This document shows, piece after piece, positions 48,027 through 58,042 of a stretch of 64,000 nucleotides of DNA; within the stretch, counting starts at the first letter, position 1; the number at the start of each line of letters is the position of its first letter. This stretch comes from a bacterium. GTDB taxonomy: Bacteria; Patescibacteriota; WWE3; 2-01-FULL-39-13; JAACPI01. Position numbers and translations under genes: made by a program. The stretch is from the NCBI GenBank assembly GCA_009995545.1, contig JAACPI010000002.1, positions 78,316 to 142,315 on the forward strand. Reading direction: 5' to 3'. Under the pieces are notes generated by a model that worked only from the letters and a program-made list of their open reading frames with translations, did not search any database and had not been told where the DNA came from.

Positions 48027-50239
48027 ATTATATCCTCTATGGAACTAATTAAGACCTCACGAGGTCTACTACCATCTTTTGGACCTATCACCCCGTTCTC
48101 TTCAAGCTCATCAAGTAACCTAGCCGCTCTTGCATAACCAATACTCAGTCTTCTTTGTAGCAACGACGCAGAAGCTCTGCCATACTCTACAACCACTTCT
48201 ACAGCTTTAGGAAAAGATTCATCGTCCCAAGAGGCATCGCCGGTTTTATTTGCTTTTGTAGTGTTTACTATAGAAAGATCATAATCCGGTTTAACTTCGG
48301 AAGCTTTAAGAAATCCAACCAATCTTGGAATTTCTTGCTCGTTGGTAAATACCCCCTGTATTCTTTTTGGCTTGGAGGATTCTGGGGGTATAAATAACAT
48401 ATCCCCTTTACCCAAAAGCTTCTCTGCACCGCCGGTATCAATAATCACTCTAGAATCAACCTGTGTAGCAACACCAAAGGCAATTCTAGTCGGAATATTA
48501 GCTTTAATGGAACCTGTAATAATATCGGTAGAGGGCCTTTGAGTAGCTAGAACAAGGTGTATACCAGTAGCCCTAGCTAACTGAGCAATACGCACAATGT
48601 GTTTTTCAACTTCATTTCCGGAAGTCATCATTAAATCTGCCAACTCATCCAGCACAACTACAATATAGGACATAGCCTGAAAACCTGATTTTTCGTTGTA
48701 CCCGCCTATATCCCTTACACCAAATTCAGCAAGTACTTTTAATCTCCTCTCCATTTCCCCAACTACCCATTTAAGGGCGCTTACTGCCTCAGAGGTTTCC
48801 GTAATTACAGGGCTAATCAGGTGAGGTATATCGTTATATACAGTCAATTCAACCCTTTTAGGATCAACCATAATAAACTTACACTCATCTGGAGAATTAG
48901 AAAATAAAAGAGTAGTTATTATAGTATGAATCATAATAGATTTACCGGATCCAGTAGCACCAGCGATTAAAACATGGGGCATCTTAGTTATCGAGTAGTA
49001 AACTTCCTGACCACTAACATCTTTTCCTAAACATATAGTTAGATTAGACTTCTCCCTTTGCTTTCGATATTCAGGAGACTCTAACATTGTCTTTAAAAAC
49101 ACAAACTCTTGAGTTATATTAGGAACCTCAACACCAATCAGTGATTTACCAGGAATTGGCGCCTCAATACGCACCTGACCATTTGGCGAAGCTAAGGCTA
49201 GAGCCAAATCCCCATGAAGATTTAATATTCTAGTAGTTTTAGTACCTTCTTTAACTTGTAGAGCGTATTGGGTTACAGAAGGACCAACGTTGACCTCTAC
49301 AACAGTGGCACTTATCCCAAATGACTTTAGAGTGTCTTGTATTACCATCTTTCTCTGATTAGTGTCTCCAGTATTTGGCTTAGACTCTGTGGGTGTAGAA
49401 AGTAAGCTTAGAGGCGGATATTCCCAAATTGTATTAGAATAAGGAAGCTTGGGGGTTTCATTGTTGGATTTGTCGGTAGCTTTTAAAACCGGCGTGGAAG
49501 GGGTGGTGGATTGCCCATTATGATTCCCAATACTAGAAACAGAGTCCTCGATTTTAGGGCTATGAACCCCAGATTTAATTAAAGTTATTGGCTCAGATAC
49601 AGTGTCGACAAAGTGATACTTCTCTTCTTTTGGATCAACTGAATTTTGTTGCAGGGGGGCATCGATATCGGAACTATCGGAACCAGATACATTTTCTAAA
49701 TCAAATAAATCCTCCCCTTCTTGTTCTCCTATCTTATCGCCCCTAGACCTACTAAAAAATTTCAAGTTAGGTGACTTAAGGTTTTTCAAAAGCTCTAAAC
49801 CTTTAAACAAAAATTTTGTCTTCCCCTGAAAGACTAGATACATCCCTAAAACAAAAAACATTAAAAACAAGGCCCAAATACCAAAGTTTCCAACTAACGG
49901 TTCAAAAATATTTTTAGCTAATTTACCTAAAAAAACAGGGTTAGCACGAGCAGCCTCAATAAATATAAGAGAAAAAAGAAGCAGAAAGGTACCTATTAAA
50001 AGCTTTATACTAAAAAATTTAGCTTTAACCATAGGATTTAGATACATTCCTATAAAAAATACCTCTAAACCAAATACAATTGCGGATATCCCAAATATAT
50101 TTCTTAAAAAATCTTTGAAAAAAGTTGCTTGCGGCTGTAGAGAAGCAACCATGATCAAAATACCCAAAAATATCAGAAATATGGAAGCAACATTAAGATA
50201 AAGGTATTCTTTTTTTTCCTCTTTTCTCTTTCTTCCCAT
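48023..50239 (-). CDS. ftsK: DNA translocase FtsK/SpoIIIE
   Basis: 738 aa. N-terminal 4-TM domain, linker, and a motor domain with Walker A GATGSGKS and Walker B VVVLDELADL. Confidence 0.9.
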   Translation of the reverse strand: MGRKRKEEKKEYLYLNVASIFLIFLGILIMVASLQPQATFFKDFLRNIFGISAIVFGLEVFFIGMYLNPMVKAKFFSIKLLIGTFLLLFSLIFIEAARANPVFLGKLAKNIFEPLVGNFGIWALFLMFFVLGMYLVFQGKTKFLFKGLELLKNLKSPNLKFFSRSRGDKIGEQEGEDLFDLENVSGSDSSDIDAPLQQNSVDPKEEKYHFVDTVSEPITLIKSGVHSPKIEDSVSSIGNHNGQSTTPSTPVLKATDKSNNETPKLPYSNTIWEYPPLSLLSTPTESKPNTGDTNQRKMVIQDTLKSFGISATVVEVNVGPSVTQYALQVKEGTKTTRILNLHGDLALALASPNGQVRIEAPIPGKSLIGVEVPNITQEFVFLKTMLESPEYRKQREKSNLTICLGKDVSGQEVYYSITKMPHVLIAGATGSGKSIMIHTIITTLLFSNSPDECKFIMVDPKRVELTVYNDIPHLISPVITETSEAVSALKWVVGEMERRLKVLAEFGVRDIGGYNEKSGFQAMSYIVVVLDELADLMMTSGNEVEKHIVRIAQLARATGIHLVLATQRPSTDIITGSIKANIPTRIAFGVATQVDSRVIIDTGGAEKLLGKGDMLFIPPESSKPKRIQGVFTNEQEIPRLVGFLKASEVKPDYDLSIVNTTKANKTGDASWDDESFPKAVEVVVEYGRASASLLQRRLSIGYARAARLLDELEENGVIGPKDGSRPREVLISSIEDIM

Positions 50240-50240
50240 G

Positions 50241-52031
50241 TTAATTTTGTTTGATTATTTTAAAAAAGGTCTCCTTATCAACTCTCACCCTACCAGCCTG
50301 GGACATACGTTTTTTACCTAGCTTCTGCTTTTTTAGCAACTTATCTTTACGAGTTCTATCCCCCCCATAAAGTTTAGCTGTAACATCTTTTCTAAAAGCA
50401 GGCAGTGTTTCCCGTGCAATTATTTTACCACCAATTGTCGCCTGCAAAGCTATTGAAAATTGTTGCCTAGGTAGTTCCTGTTTAAGTTTAGAAACAATCA
50501 TCCGACCCATTCTCTCAGAGTTACTTTGGTGAATTAGAAGAGAAAGTGGAGGAAAATCCTCGCCAGCTATTAAGATACTAACCTTCACAATATCGCTTAT
50601 AACATAACCTATAATCTCATAAGACATGGAAGCATACCCCGAGGTTACAGATTTTAAACGATCATTAAAATCTATTATAATTTCTGAAAGAGGTATATTA
50701 AAATTTGCCTTTATTAGGTTCTTTACAGAGCCAAGTAGCTGATCCGTATCCAAAACCAAGCCTCTTTTTTCATTAACAAGTCCTAATACACTGCCTAAGT
50801 ATTCTGCAGGAAAAATTATCTCCACTTTGCACACAGGCTCTTCAACCGTAGATATAAAAGTTGGGTCCGGATACTCTCTTGCAGAGTGAACCTCTACCTT
50901 TTCATTTTTTGTTGTGGTAATAAAATAAGATACCGTAGGAGTAGTAACTACTAGCTCAACAAAAAACTCACGTTTTAGTCTTTCAAGTACAATATCAGCG
51001 TGTAAAAGACCCAAAAAACCACAATTAAAACCATATCCTAAGTGACCTGCAGACTGTGGTTCATAAGTAAAAGAGGAATCAGATAAATTCAGTATCTCCA
51101 AGGCTTTTCTTAAGTCTTGTATCTGACTCGAGTCCTCAGGATATATACCTAAAAAAACTTTAGGTTTAACTTCCTCAAAATCTGGAAATGGCTTTACCGT
51201 GGAACCTGAAAGTCCAATAGTATCACCTACTCTTACCTGGGAGAGTTGTTTTAAACCAGTAACTATAAAACCCACCTCCCCATTATTGAGAGTTTCACAA
51301 TCCACCATTAGGGGGGAAAAGTAACCTACCTTGAGAGCTGTAAAATTAGTCTTATTCGAGTTTATATACAAATTATCCCCTTTATTAAAGGACCCATCAA
51401 CCAAACACAAGGCTACCACCCCAAGGTGTTCGTCGTAGTAAGAGTCATAAATTAATGCTCTAGGATTGGCAGATTCTACTTTGTCTTTAAGAAGAGTCTT
51501 AGATAAAAGAGTTTCAAATAGATCCTCAACCCCCTCACCCGTTTTAGCCGAAGTATAGCAGATCTCACTAAGCTTAAATCCAAAAAAAGAACAAATTTCT
51601 GCTTCAACCTCCTTAATCCTTGCTGTAGGAAGGTCTATTTTATTTATAACAGGAATAATTTCTAAATTCTGCTCAATCGCTTTGTAAGCATTAGATACTG
51701 TTTGTGCCTGAACCCCTTTACTAGCATCAACTAATAAAATAGCTACTTCGCAGGCATATAAAGCCTTAGAAACCTCGTACGCAAAATCAACATGGCCAGG
51801 AGTATCGATCATATTCAATTCATAATCTACAGAGTCTTTAGAGTATAAGATTCTCAAAGATTTTGATTTAATAGTAATACCCCTTTCTTGCTCCAGCTCC
51901 ATCGAATCAAAGTCAGAACCTTTGTCTCTACGGCCTACGTATTTATTAGAGAAACTTAGTAACCGCTGAGCCAGAGTGGATTTACCGTGATCAATATGGG
52001 CTATTATCGAGAAGTTCAGAATTCTTTTCAT
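50241..52031 (-). CDS. lepA: Elongation factor 4 (LepA)
   Basis: 596 aa. NFSIIAHIDHGKSTL (G1), DTPGH (G3), NKID (G4) and LepA-specific C-terminal domain. Confidence 0.92.
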   Translation of the reverse strand: MKRILNFSIIAHIDHGKSTLAQRLLSFSNKYVGRRDKGSDFDSMELEQERGITIKSKSLRILYSKDSVDYELNMIDTPGHVDFAYEVSKALYACEVAILLVDASKGVQAQTVSNAYKAIEQNLEIIPVINKIDLPTARIKEVEAEICSFFGFKLSEICYTSAKTGEGVEDLFETLLSKTLLKDKVESANPRALIYDSYYDEHLGVVALCLVDGSFNKGDNLYINSNKTNFTALKVGYFSPLMVDCETLNNGEVGFIVTGLKQLSQVRVGDTIGLSGSTVKPFPDFEEVKPKVFLGIYPEDSSQIQDLRKALEILNLSDSSFTYEPQSAGHLGYGFNCGFLGLLHADIVLERLKREFFVELVVTTPTVSYFITTTKNEKVEVHSAREYPDPTFISTVEEPVCKVEIIFPAEYLGSVLGLVNEKRGLVLDTDQLLGSVKNLIKANFNIPLSEIIIDFNDRLKSVTSGYASMSYEIIGYVISDIVKVSILIAGEDFPPLSLLIHQSNSERMGRMIVSKLKQELPRQQFSIALQATIGGKIIARETLPAFRKDVTAKLYGGDRTRKDKLLKKQKLGKKRMSQAGRVRVDKETFFKIIKQN

Positions 52032-52209
52032 TTTTACTTAAAATAGATTTAATTTGGTCCGGACTATACTTAATTTCAAAAACTTCGTAGGAGGATTCCA
52101 GGTTAGAAGGTCTTTCGAACAGGTAAGATTCTAAAGTATTCCAGACCAAAAACAAAAGACTTCCTACTAAGAATATTTTTAAAATGGAATTTAAATTATT
52201 ATTATTCAT
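51991..52209 (-). CDS. Small hypothetical membrane-associated protein
   Basis: 72-aa ORF overlapping both neighbours by a few codons; one hydrophobic helix. Confidence 0.2.
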   Translation of the reverse strand: MNNNNLNSILKIFLVGSLLFLVWNTLESYLFERPSNLESSYEVFEIKYSPDQIKSILSKNEKNSELLDNSPY

Positions 52210-52768
52210 AATAGGTGTTTATTATTATATCAACATCTAGTTCATAGTTACTGCGAGAATTATCATCTTTTTTAGAAATTTTAAGAGATTCAACTTGGTA
52301 TAATCGAGAATCGGCTACTAAATTCTGAAAAAAACTCTCCACACCCCTAAAATCACCTCTGACAGTAAGGCTTATTTTTTCGACACCCTCAGACTTAGAA
52401 AGAAGGTTAGCTTGACTTAAAAAAACATTACTTTTGAGTGAAAAATAATTTATTTTGTTTAAAAACGACGAAGGCTCAGGATTTAAAGGTACCAGGTTGT
52501 CAAACATAGGTGTATAAGGTGCTAGTGTTTCGTAATAACCCGAAGCTGTACGGTAAATCTCTAAAGTTTTTTGTAATTCGACCAGCTCAGCCTTAGTCGC
52601 GTAGCTTCTCTCCCTTGTAACCTTAATTTTTTTATAAGCTGGAAATAGAAAAAATACCGATAAAATAAGCAGGATTAAGACAAGTAATATAGACACGAAC
52701 CTATCTCTAAAATCCTCCTGAGACAACTTTATTTTAAGTAGTGAAATATATTTATTAATTAGATCCAT
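52202..52768 (-). CDS. PilO-like bitopic protein (TM + coiled coil + periplasmic domain)
   Basis: 188 aa. VSILLVLILLILSVFFLF TM followed by a coiled-coil. Paired with a PilN-like gene. Confidence 0.4.
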   Translation of the reverse strand: MDLINKYISLLKIKLSQEDFRDRFVSILLVLILLILSVFFLFPAYKKIKVTRERSYATKAELVELQKTLEIYRTASGYYETLAPYTPMFDNLVPLNPEPSSFLNKINYFSLKSNVFLSQANLLSKSEGVEKISLTVRGDFRGVESFFQNLVADSRLYQVESLKISKKDDNSRSNYELDVDIIINTYYE

Positions 52769-53291
52769 AAGAGTAATCCATTTTTAATGTAAAAGAGAAG
52801 CTATCCGACTCCTTGTTATATTGACTACTAGTCAATATGACCGAGCTAAAACGCGGTTCCTGAAGCACTAAACTCAAAAAAGTAGTAAACTCCCCAGGGC
52901 TCCCACTCTTAGCTAATATCTGAACCTTACCATCCGATATTTCAACATCTTTAATAGATATCCCTGTAGGGGTCGAATTATTTAGAAAATCTAATATAAA
53001 TAAGGCGTTTACCTCTCCAGAGTTAACATCCTGGGTGAACGCGGTCAGATCTTGGTATTTTTTATACCTTAGGGCAGGCTCCGAGTAAGAATCGATTTGT
53101 AATCTAATCTCCTGATTGGTAGCAATATCTCTAGATATATTTCTATCTAAAGCAAATCTATAACCATAGAATAAAAAAAGCACAGTGTTAAAAACTAAAA
53201 GAATATTTTTTGCATAAAAGCTTAACAAATAAAAATATCCTTTCTTTGTATTTAGGTCTGCTTTTGGTATGAGGTTAATTTGGGAAGGCAT
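52755..53291 (-). CDS. PilN-like bitopic protein
   Basis: 178 aa. N-terminal QINLIPK matches the PilN 'INLLP' motif. TM LLSFYAKNILLVFNTVLFLFYGY. Confidence 0.45.
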   Translation of the reverse strand: MPSQINLIPKADLNTKKGYFYLLSFYAKNILLVFNTVLFLFYGYRFALDRNISRDIATNQEIRLQIDSYSEPALRYKKYQDLTAFTQDVNSGEVNALFILDFLNNSTPTGISIKDVEISDGKVQILAKSGSPGEFTTFLSLVLQEPRFSSVILTSSQYNKESDSFSFTLKMDYSYGSN

Positions 53292-53317
53292 TAAAGAAAT
53301 AATAGCATTTTGTGCTA

Positions 53318-54955
53318 TTAATGTTTAGAAAATTTGAATAAGAAAGGTAGATACTTTTTGGCAGGAAGATAAAACTGCTTGTATTGGCTTAATCCTAATA
53401 GGATTGAAACCAGTAAGTAAATAACCAGGCCTAAAAATATTACAGAGAAAGTCAAAAGTAGTAAAGGCAGGGTTCTCGTGGTATCAAATATAACTCTGTC
53501 AAAAACCTTCATTAGACTGTATGTAATGAAACCACAGATTAGAGTTGCATAAAGTATCTTCATAAACTCCTGATATACATAAACTGGAAAATGGCCGAAT
53601 CTTTTTATATAACAAATATAAATATGCGTGGTACCGACTAAAGTTCCAATGGAAAAAGACAAAGCCAAGCCCCATACCCCAAAACCCAAAGTTATTGAAA
53701 ACAAAAAACTTAAAATAAAGGATAAAGTAAGTGATATAAGTCCCGAAAATGTTGGGGTTTTAGAGTCATAGTGTGCGTAAAAAACTTTGCTCACCAACTG
53801 AAACACAGCTTGTCCCCACATGGAAATACTAAAAAAAGCTAATGTATAGGCAGTCAGGTTGGTACCCAACCATGAGAACTTATCCCCCCCGTAAAGAAGA
53901 CGAACCAGGGGAATTCTAAGAACAAAAAATAGTATTACTATCGGAAGCATATAGTAAGTTAGTAGTAATAAGTATTTATGTAATTCCGCCTGTAATTTTT
54001 CAGACTTACCTTCCGATAGATATCTAGCAAAGTTCGGAGATAAAACCTGAGAAAATGCCGTTCCAAAGGCGTTAACGGGGTAGTTTTGCAACTGGTTAGC
54101 AAATTCGTAGATAACAACATAGGATGGAGATTTGTAAACATAAGTTATAAGACCATTAATAACTAAAATATAAACTCGACTAGCTGTTACACTGAAAAGT
54201 CTGGGCCCCGCTAGTTTAATTACCTTAGCCAACTCCCCAGGCTCAAAAGTTAAAGAAAACTCATACTCAAACTTTAGTTTAGACACAAACGGAAGTAGCA
54301 ATAACATACCTAAAAAGGACCCTGCCAAAGCCCCATAAGCGGTTGCATATATACCTAATTTATCAAAAAACAAAATAGTAACCACAATCATTCCCACATT
54401 GTTAAGCAAAGGGATTAGAGACGGCACGATAAAACGCTCTTCGGACTGTAAAAAAGCTGCAAAGTAAGTTGAAACTATTAGAGGAAATTGAGAAATGAGA
54501 AGGATTCTAAGTAACTGTGAAAGTAAAAATAGATGCTCTGGATCCAAAGAGGACCAACTAATTAGGGCAGCAGCCTGTTGTGAAAAAATAAAAAGGCCTA
54601 GAAAAACCAAACCATATATTAATAGAGACCAGGTCAGTATTACCGACGTAAACTTGCCAGGTTTATTTCCCATAACTTTCTTATTATCGAAGTAGACGGG
54701 AAAAAAGGCGGCTGAGGTGACAGAAAAAATAAGAATTGAGAAAACTAGACTGGGAAGTTTATCAGCCATATAAAACATACCAAGCTCGGAAGTATCGCCA
54801 TATAATCCCGCTAAAACCCTATTTCTAAGCATTCCAAAAAAAGCTGAGCCTATATACACAATGAAAACCGACAAAGCAGCACTCTTTGTGCTTACACGGT
54901 CTTCAAATATTCTATTGATTAACCTAAAGTTGTTCAGCATAATATATGACCCCAA
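53318..54955 (-). CDS. murJ: Lipid II flippase MurJ (MviN)
   Basis: 545 aa, ~14 TM. N-terminal GMLRNRVLAGLYGDTSELGMFYMADKLPSLVFSI matches the MurJ conserved block. Confidence 0.7.
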   Translation of the reverse strand: MGSYIMLNNFRLINRIFEDRVSTKSAALSVFIVYIGSAFFGMLRNRVLAGLYGDTSELGMFYMADKLPSLVFSILIFSVTSAAFFPVYFDNKKVMGNKPGKFTSVILTWSLLIYGLVFLGLFIFSQQAAALISWSSLDPEHLFLLSQLLRILLISQFPLIVSTYFAAFLQSEERFIVPSLIPLLNNVGMIVVTILFFDKLGIYATAYGALAGSFLGMLLLLPFVSKLKFEYEFSLTFEPGELAKVIKLAGPRLFSVTASRVYILVINGLITYVYKSPSYVVIYEFANQLQNYPVNAFGTAFSQVLSPNFARYLSEGKSEKLQAELHKYLLLLTYYMLPIVILFFVLRIPLVRLLYGGDKFSWLGTNLTAYTLAFFSISMWGQAVFQLVSKVFYAHYDSKTPTFSGLISLTLSFILSFLFSITLGFGVWGLALSFSIGTLVGTTHIYICYIKRFGHFPVYVYQEFMKILYATLICGFITYSLMKVFDRVIFDTTRTLPLLLLTFSVIFLGLVIYLLVSILLGLSQYKQFYLPAKKYLPFLFKFSKH

Positions 54956-55135
54956 AGGGATTTATGAAAGTATACTATTAAAAAAATATTTTTAAGACTA
55001 GCAATTACCTCAAATATCTATATTACACACAAAGGATTAAATTTTTACTTAAGCTGACTTGTGAATAACTAAAAAAATATTCCAGATCCAAAAACCTTGC
55101 TATAAAGGGCACAGATTGTTATCATGTATTTAATT

Positions 55136-55396
55136 ATGGCAAACACTAAATCAGCTAAAAAACAGGTGAGAAAAACATTAAAAAAGGCAAAGGTAAATCG
55201 TTTCTGGAAGGACTCTATTAAGCTTAACACTAAAAAATTATTAGACAGTAGTAAAGAGGGAACTAAGGAGAAGGCCGCTGAAAATTTTAAAAGACTCAAG
55301 AGTACCTTAGATAAAGCTAGCAAACGAGGGGTCTTAAGTAAGAATAAATCTGCACGTATTAAATCTAGAATGTCAAAGTCACTTTCGAAAAAGTAA
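55136..55396 (+). CDS. rpsT: 30S ribosomal protein S20
   Basis: MANTKSAKKQVRKTLKKAKVNR... is a typical S20 N-terminus. Start taken at the internal Met (ORF track begins 12 nt earlier). Confidence 0.85.
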   Translation: MANTKSAKKQVRKTLKKAKVNRFWKDSIKLNTKKLLDSSKEGTKEKAAENFKRLKSTLDKASKRGVLSKNKSARIKSRMSKSLSKK

Positions 55397-55411
55397 AATA
55401 GCTTAAAAATT

Positions 55412-56071
55412 ATGTTCCTGCCTAATAAGAGGTTTCCTTATCAAGCTGTATGTTATTTTCTATTTTTTATTGTAGCACCCCTTATTTTCACGAAACACGT
55501 TAATGCTGCTAGTTTTTATATCAACCCTGCAACAGGACAAATAAGCTCAGAAAAATTTTCAATAACTTTGACCATAGATCCCGAGGGAGATAACGTAGGC
55601 AGTGCTTCTGCGTATTTGTCTTACGATGCAAAACAGGTAGAAGTTTCTGTGATCAATAACGGAACCTTTAATTCTTATACTTCAAAATTCAATGACCCTA
55701 CAACCGGAATAATCCACATAGAAGCAAAAAATGATCAGGTTTTAACCGGGATAGTGAATTTTGCAGTAATCGAATTTACTAATCTGAAAACTAGTCCAAC
55801 CATCGACCTACAATTATTAACGACTCCCACATATAAATCCAATATATTGGATAGTGAGGGTATCGACACTACAAATACAGTTAAATCAGCGTCTTTAGAT
55901 AATTCTTTGTATAACAGTAACGGGGGTGCTTTAACAAGTTCAGCCACACCCTCAGTAGCAGTTCCAAGTACGGGATTTGAAATAGTAGATTTCCGCTTTC
56001 TAATATTGCTCTCAGTAGCACTCTCTTTTACAAGCTTGTTTATGCGTAGTCATGCTAAATCAAAATACTAA
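55412..56071 (+). CDS. Secreted surface protein with C-terminal sortase sorting signal (VPSTG + hydrophobic + basic tail)
   Basis: 219 aa. N-terminal signal. C-terminus ...PSVAVPSTGFEIVDFRFLILLSVALSFTSLFMRSHAKSKY is an LPXTG-like pentapeptide, a ~22-aa hydrophobic stretch, then an R/K tail. Confidence 0.5.
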   Translation: MFLPNKRFPYQAVCYFLFFIVAPLIFTKHVNAASFYINPATGQISSEKFSITLTIDPEGDNVGSASAYLSYDAKQVEVSVINNGTFNSYTSKFNDPTTGIIHIEAKNDQVLTGIVNFAVIEFTNLKTSPTIDLQLLTTPTYKSNILDSEGIDTTNTVKSASLDNSLYNSNGGALTSSATPSVAVPSTGFEIVDFRFLILLSVALSFTSLFMRSHAKSKY

Positions 56072-56624
56072 AGGTTTTTTAACCTTACTTACAATAACTG
56101 GAATTGTATCGAGTGTTTTCTACGGATATAAAGGGCTAATTGAGCCTAACTTAATGAGAAATGCTGAGTTGTTTCCAGTTGAAATTGCGGAAATAACTAT
56201 AACTCCAAAAGTTGAAATCAGGGATACCCTTGCCTCGATAACTTGGGAAATAGAAGATAGTGCAGGGGGGATAAAGTACGCTAACAAAAAACAAGACTGT
56301 ATAGATAAAAATAACGAGTGTTTAAGTATTCAAGCCGAAATAAATGGGACCCACCACAAAGCTGAGATATTAAATTTAAAAGAAGATACGGATTATTTTT
56401 ATAAAATAATCGTTAATGGCGAGGAATTCCCTAAAGAAGATGAAAAATTTTTTTCGTTTAAAAAACCTTCTGATCCTAAGCCTGCGGAAAATACCGGTCC
56501 AGATCTAGATCCTAAAAATATACATGAGGCCATAAAAACGCAGGACCTAACCTATGATCTAAACGGTGACGGCAAGGTTACCATTGCAGATTTATACATG
56601 CTTAACAGCAAAAAACCTAACTAG
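56052..56624 (+). CDS. Membrane-anchored protein with C-terminal dockerin-like Ca-binding motif
   Basis: 190 aa. N-terminal TM. C-terminal DLNGDGKVTIADLYML matches the dockerin/EF-hand-like 'DxNxDGxVxxxD' repeat. Overlaps upstream gene by 20 nt. Confidence 0.4.
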   Translation: MLNQNTKGFLTLLTITGIVSSVFYGYKGLIEPNLMRNAELFPVEIAEITITPKVEIRDTLASITWEIEDSAGGIKYANKKQDCIDKNNECLSIQAEINGTHHKAEILNLKEDTDYFYKIIVNGEEFPKEDEKFFSFKKPSDPKPAENTGPDLDPKNIHEAIKTQDLTYDLNGDGKVTIADLYMLNSKKPN

Positions 56625-56990
56625 CACACTGAGTAAAATAAAGGGTATAAGCACTGCTAAAGATTGAAAGTATATTCTCCTATCAAAGTAGCCAGTATCT
56701 GGTACTAAGTAACTTTGCTCCGGAATAGCTTTAGGGAATTCAGGAGATAATTCAGAAGTTTCTTTATTTAAGCTAATTTCTGTATCAGAAATTTGTAATT
56801 GCGTAACCCCCAAGTTACCAACTAATGCCACAGTACGGGAATAAGAATCTGACTCGATAATATTAATATCCGTCATGCTCGAGCCTTTTTCTAGGAGGAT
56901 AAATGAAAAAAATAAGACACTTGCCACAAACAATAGTACAAAAAACCCCAATATAATTTTTATTTCATTGCCTTTAATAAGAGTTGTCAT
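56592..56990 (-). CDS. Small membrane-anchored hypothetical protein
   Basis: 132 aa. IKIILGFFVLLFVASVLFFSFILL anchor. Confidence 0.3.
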   Translation of the reverse strand: MTTLIKGNEIKIILGFFVLLFVASVLFFSFILLEKGSSMTDINIIESDSYSRTVALVGNLGVTQLQISDTEISLNKETSELSPEFPKAIPEQSYLVPDTGYFDRRIYFQSLAVLIPFILLSVLVRFFAVKHV

Positions 56991-57000
56991 AGAAATTCAT

Positions 57001-58041
57001 TTAATTATTTTTACAGACAATTTTGTAAGTACCGATCTCCTTAAAAGTATAATCATAAGAGTAAGACATTAATACACGGTCAGTATTTGTATCCAGTACC
57101 TTTTCAAAGCTGCAACTGTTATCACAAACGAAGTCTTCTATGTAACCGTTATCTTGACCTAAAATACTAAAACCGTAAGATTTAGCGGGGCTGTACTTAT
57201 CCAAATCCAAAAAACAAGCTACGTGAAACTCTTTTTCTAAAACCTTTTCGGCAGTAACAGAGTAAAAAGTACCCTCATCTAGGGATTTAGCCTTTTTCAT
57301 AGGTGTCTTGGACTCACCTTCAACAACAAATCCAGATTCTTTAGAGGTAGAACATAAACTATTATCCATTTGATTCACCTTGACTATGTCCAACCCCGCC
57401 TTAAAACAGCCAGATCCAAGGCTTTCTTGGGTAATAGGAACCTGAACTGTAAATATATCAGAGCTTGTCGAGTCTTTAGGTAAGGTAATACTACTTACTA
57501 CGTTTCCCTTTCTGTCTACCGGAGACAAGGGAGATTTATCATAGGTAAAATCACAATTGGAGACATTAGGTAGATTCAAATAATAAGGATTAACATAAAC
57601 ACGGGCCTCCTGTTTTAGGGGGTTTACGTAACAAACCTCTACAGATTCTAGTCTAGAGATCTCTGTACAAGGACATTTGTAGGCATCTTCATTACAAACT
57701 TTCTTTACTTCTGGAGACATTTTAAACGCCACTAAGTTAGAGTCTCTAACAGCCTGTAAATCCCAAACATAGTAACCGTTCTCATATCTAAGTGATGAGT
57801 GCTTTAAGCTAACTGCACACACCGCTAAATCTATATTACTAGACTCAAGTAGGGTATTAACGTGGGCTTTTTCAGATAAGGGTGTAGGTAGCAGTGAGTC
57901 GGGTATTTTTAAAAAACTAAAACCAGCTTCCTCTACTACATTAACGTCCAGGGGTTTTATAAACAAATATCTGTAAGTAAAAAAAGATAACAATCCTAAC
58001 ATTAGTAATAATCCGATCATCAGTTTAGTGTGTTTTCTCAT
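57001..58041 (-). CDS. Secreted Cys-rich hypothetical protein (N-terminal anchor/signal)
   Basis: 346 aa. LMIGLLLMLGLLSFFTY signal. ~14 Cys in the ectodomain. 1-nt from the sortase gene. Confidence 0.4.
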   Translation of the reverse strand: MRKHTKLMIGLLLMLGLLSFFTYRYLFIKPLDVNVVEEAGFSFLKIPDSLLPTPLSEKAHVNTLLESSNIDLAVCAVSLKHSSLRYENGYYVWDLQAVRDSNLVAFKMSPEVKKVCNEDAYKCPCTEISRLESVEVCYVNPLKQEARVYVNPYYLNLPNVSNCDFTYDKSPLSPVDRKGNVVSSITLPKDSTSSDIFTVQVPITQESLGSGCFKAGLDIVKVNQMDNSLCSTSKESGFVVEGESKTPMKKAKSLDEGTFYSVTAEKVLEKEFHVACFLDLDKYSPAKSYGFSILGQDNGYIEDFVCDNSCSFEKVLDTNTDRVLMSYSYDYTFKEIGTYKIVCKNN

Positions 58042-58042
58042 A

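Noticed and set aside
55069-55323. 84-aa minus-strand ORF overlapping rpsT
   Set aside because: The plus-strand frame gives an unmistakable S20 N-terminus (MANTKSAKKQVRK...). The minus-strand ORF is a hydrophobic shadow.
56592-56990. Possible type IV pilin (N-terminal hydrophobic segment after a Gly)
   Set aside because: The prepilin signature G|F/M-x-x-x-E is absent: the sequence is KG|NEIKI with Glu at +2, not +5. Called as a generic membrane-anchored protein instead.
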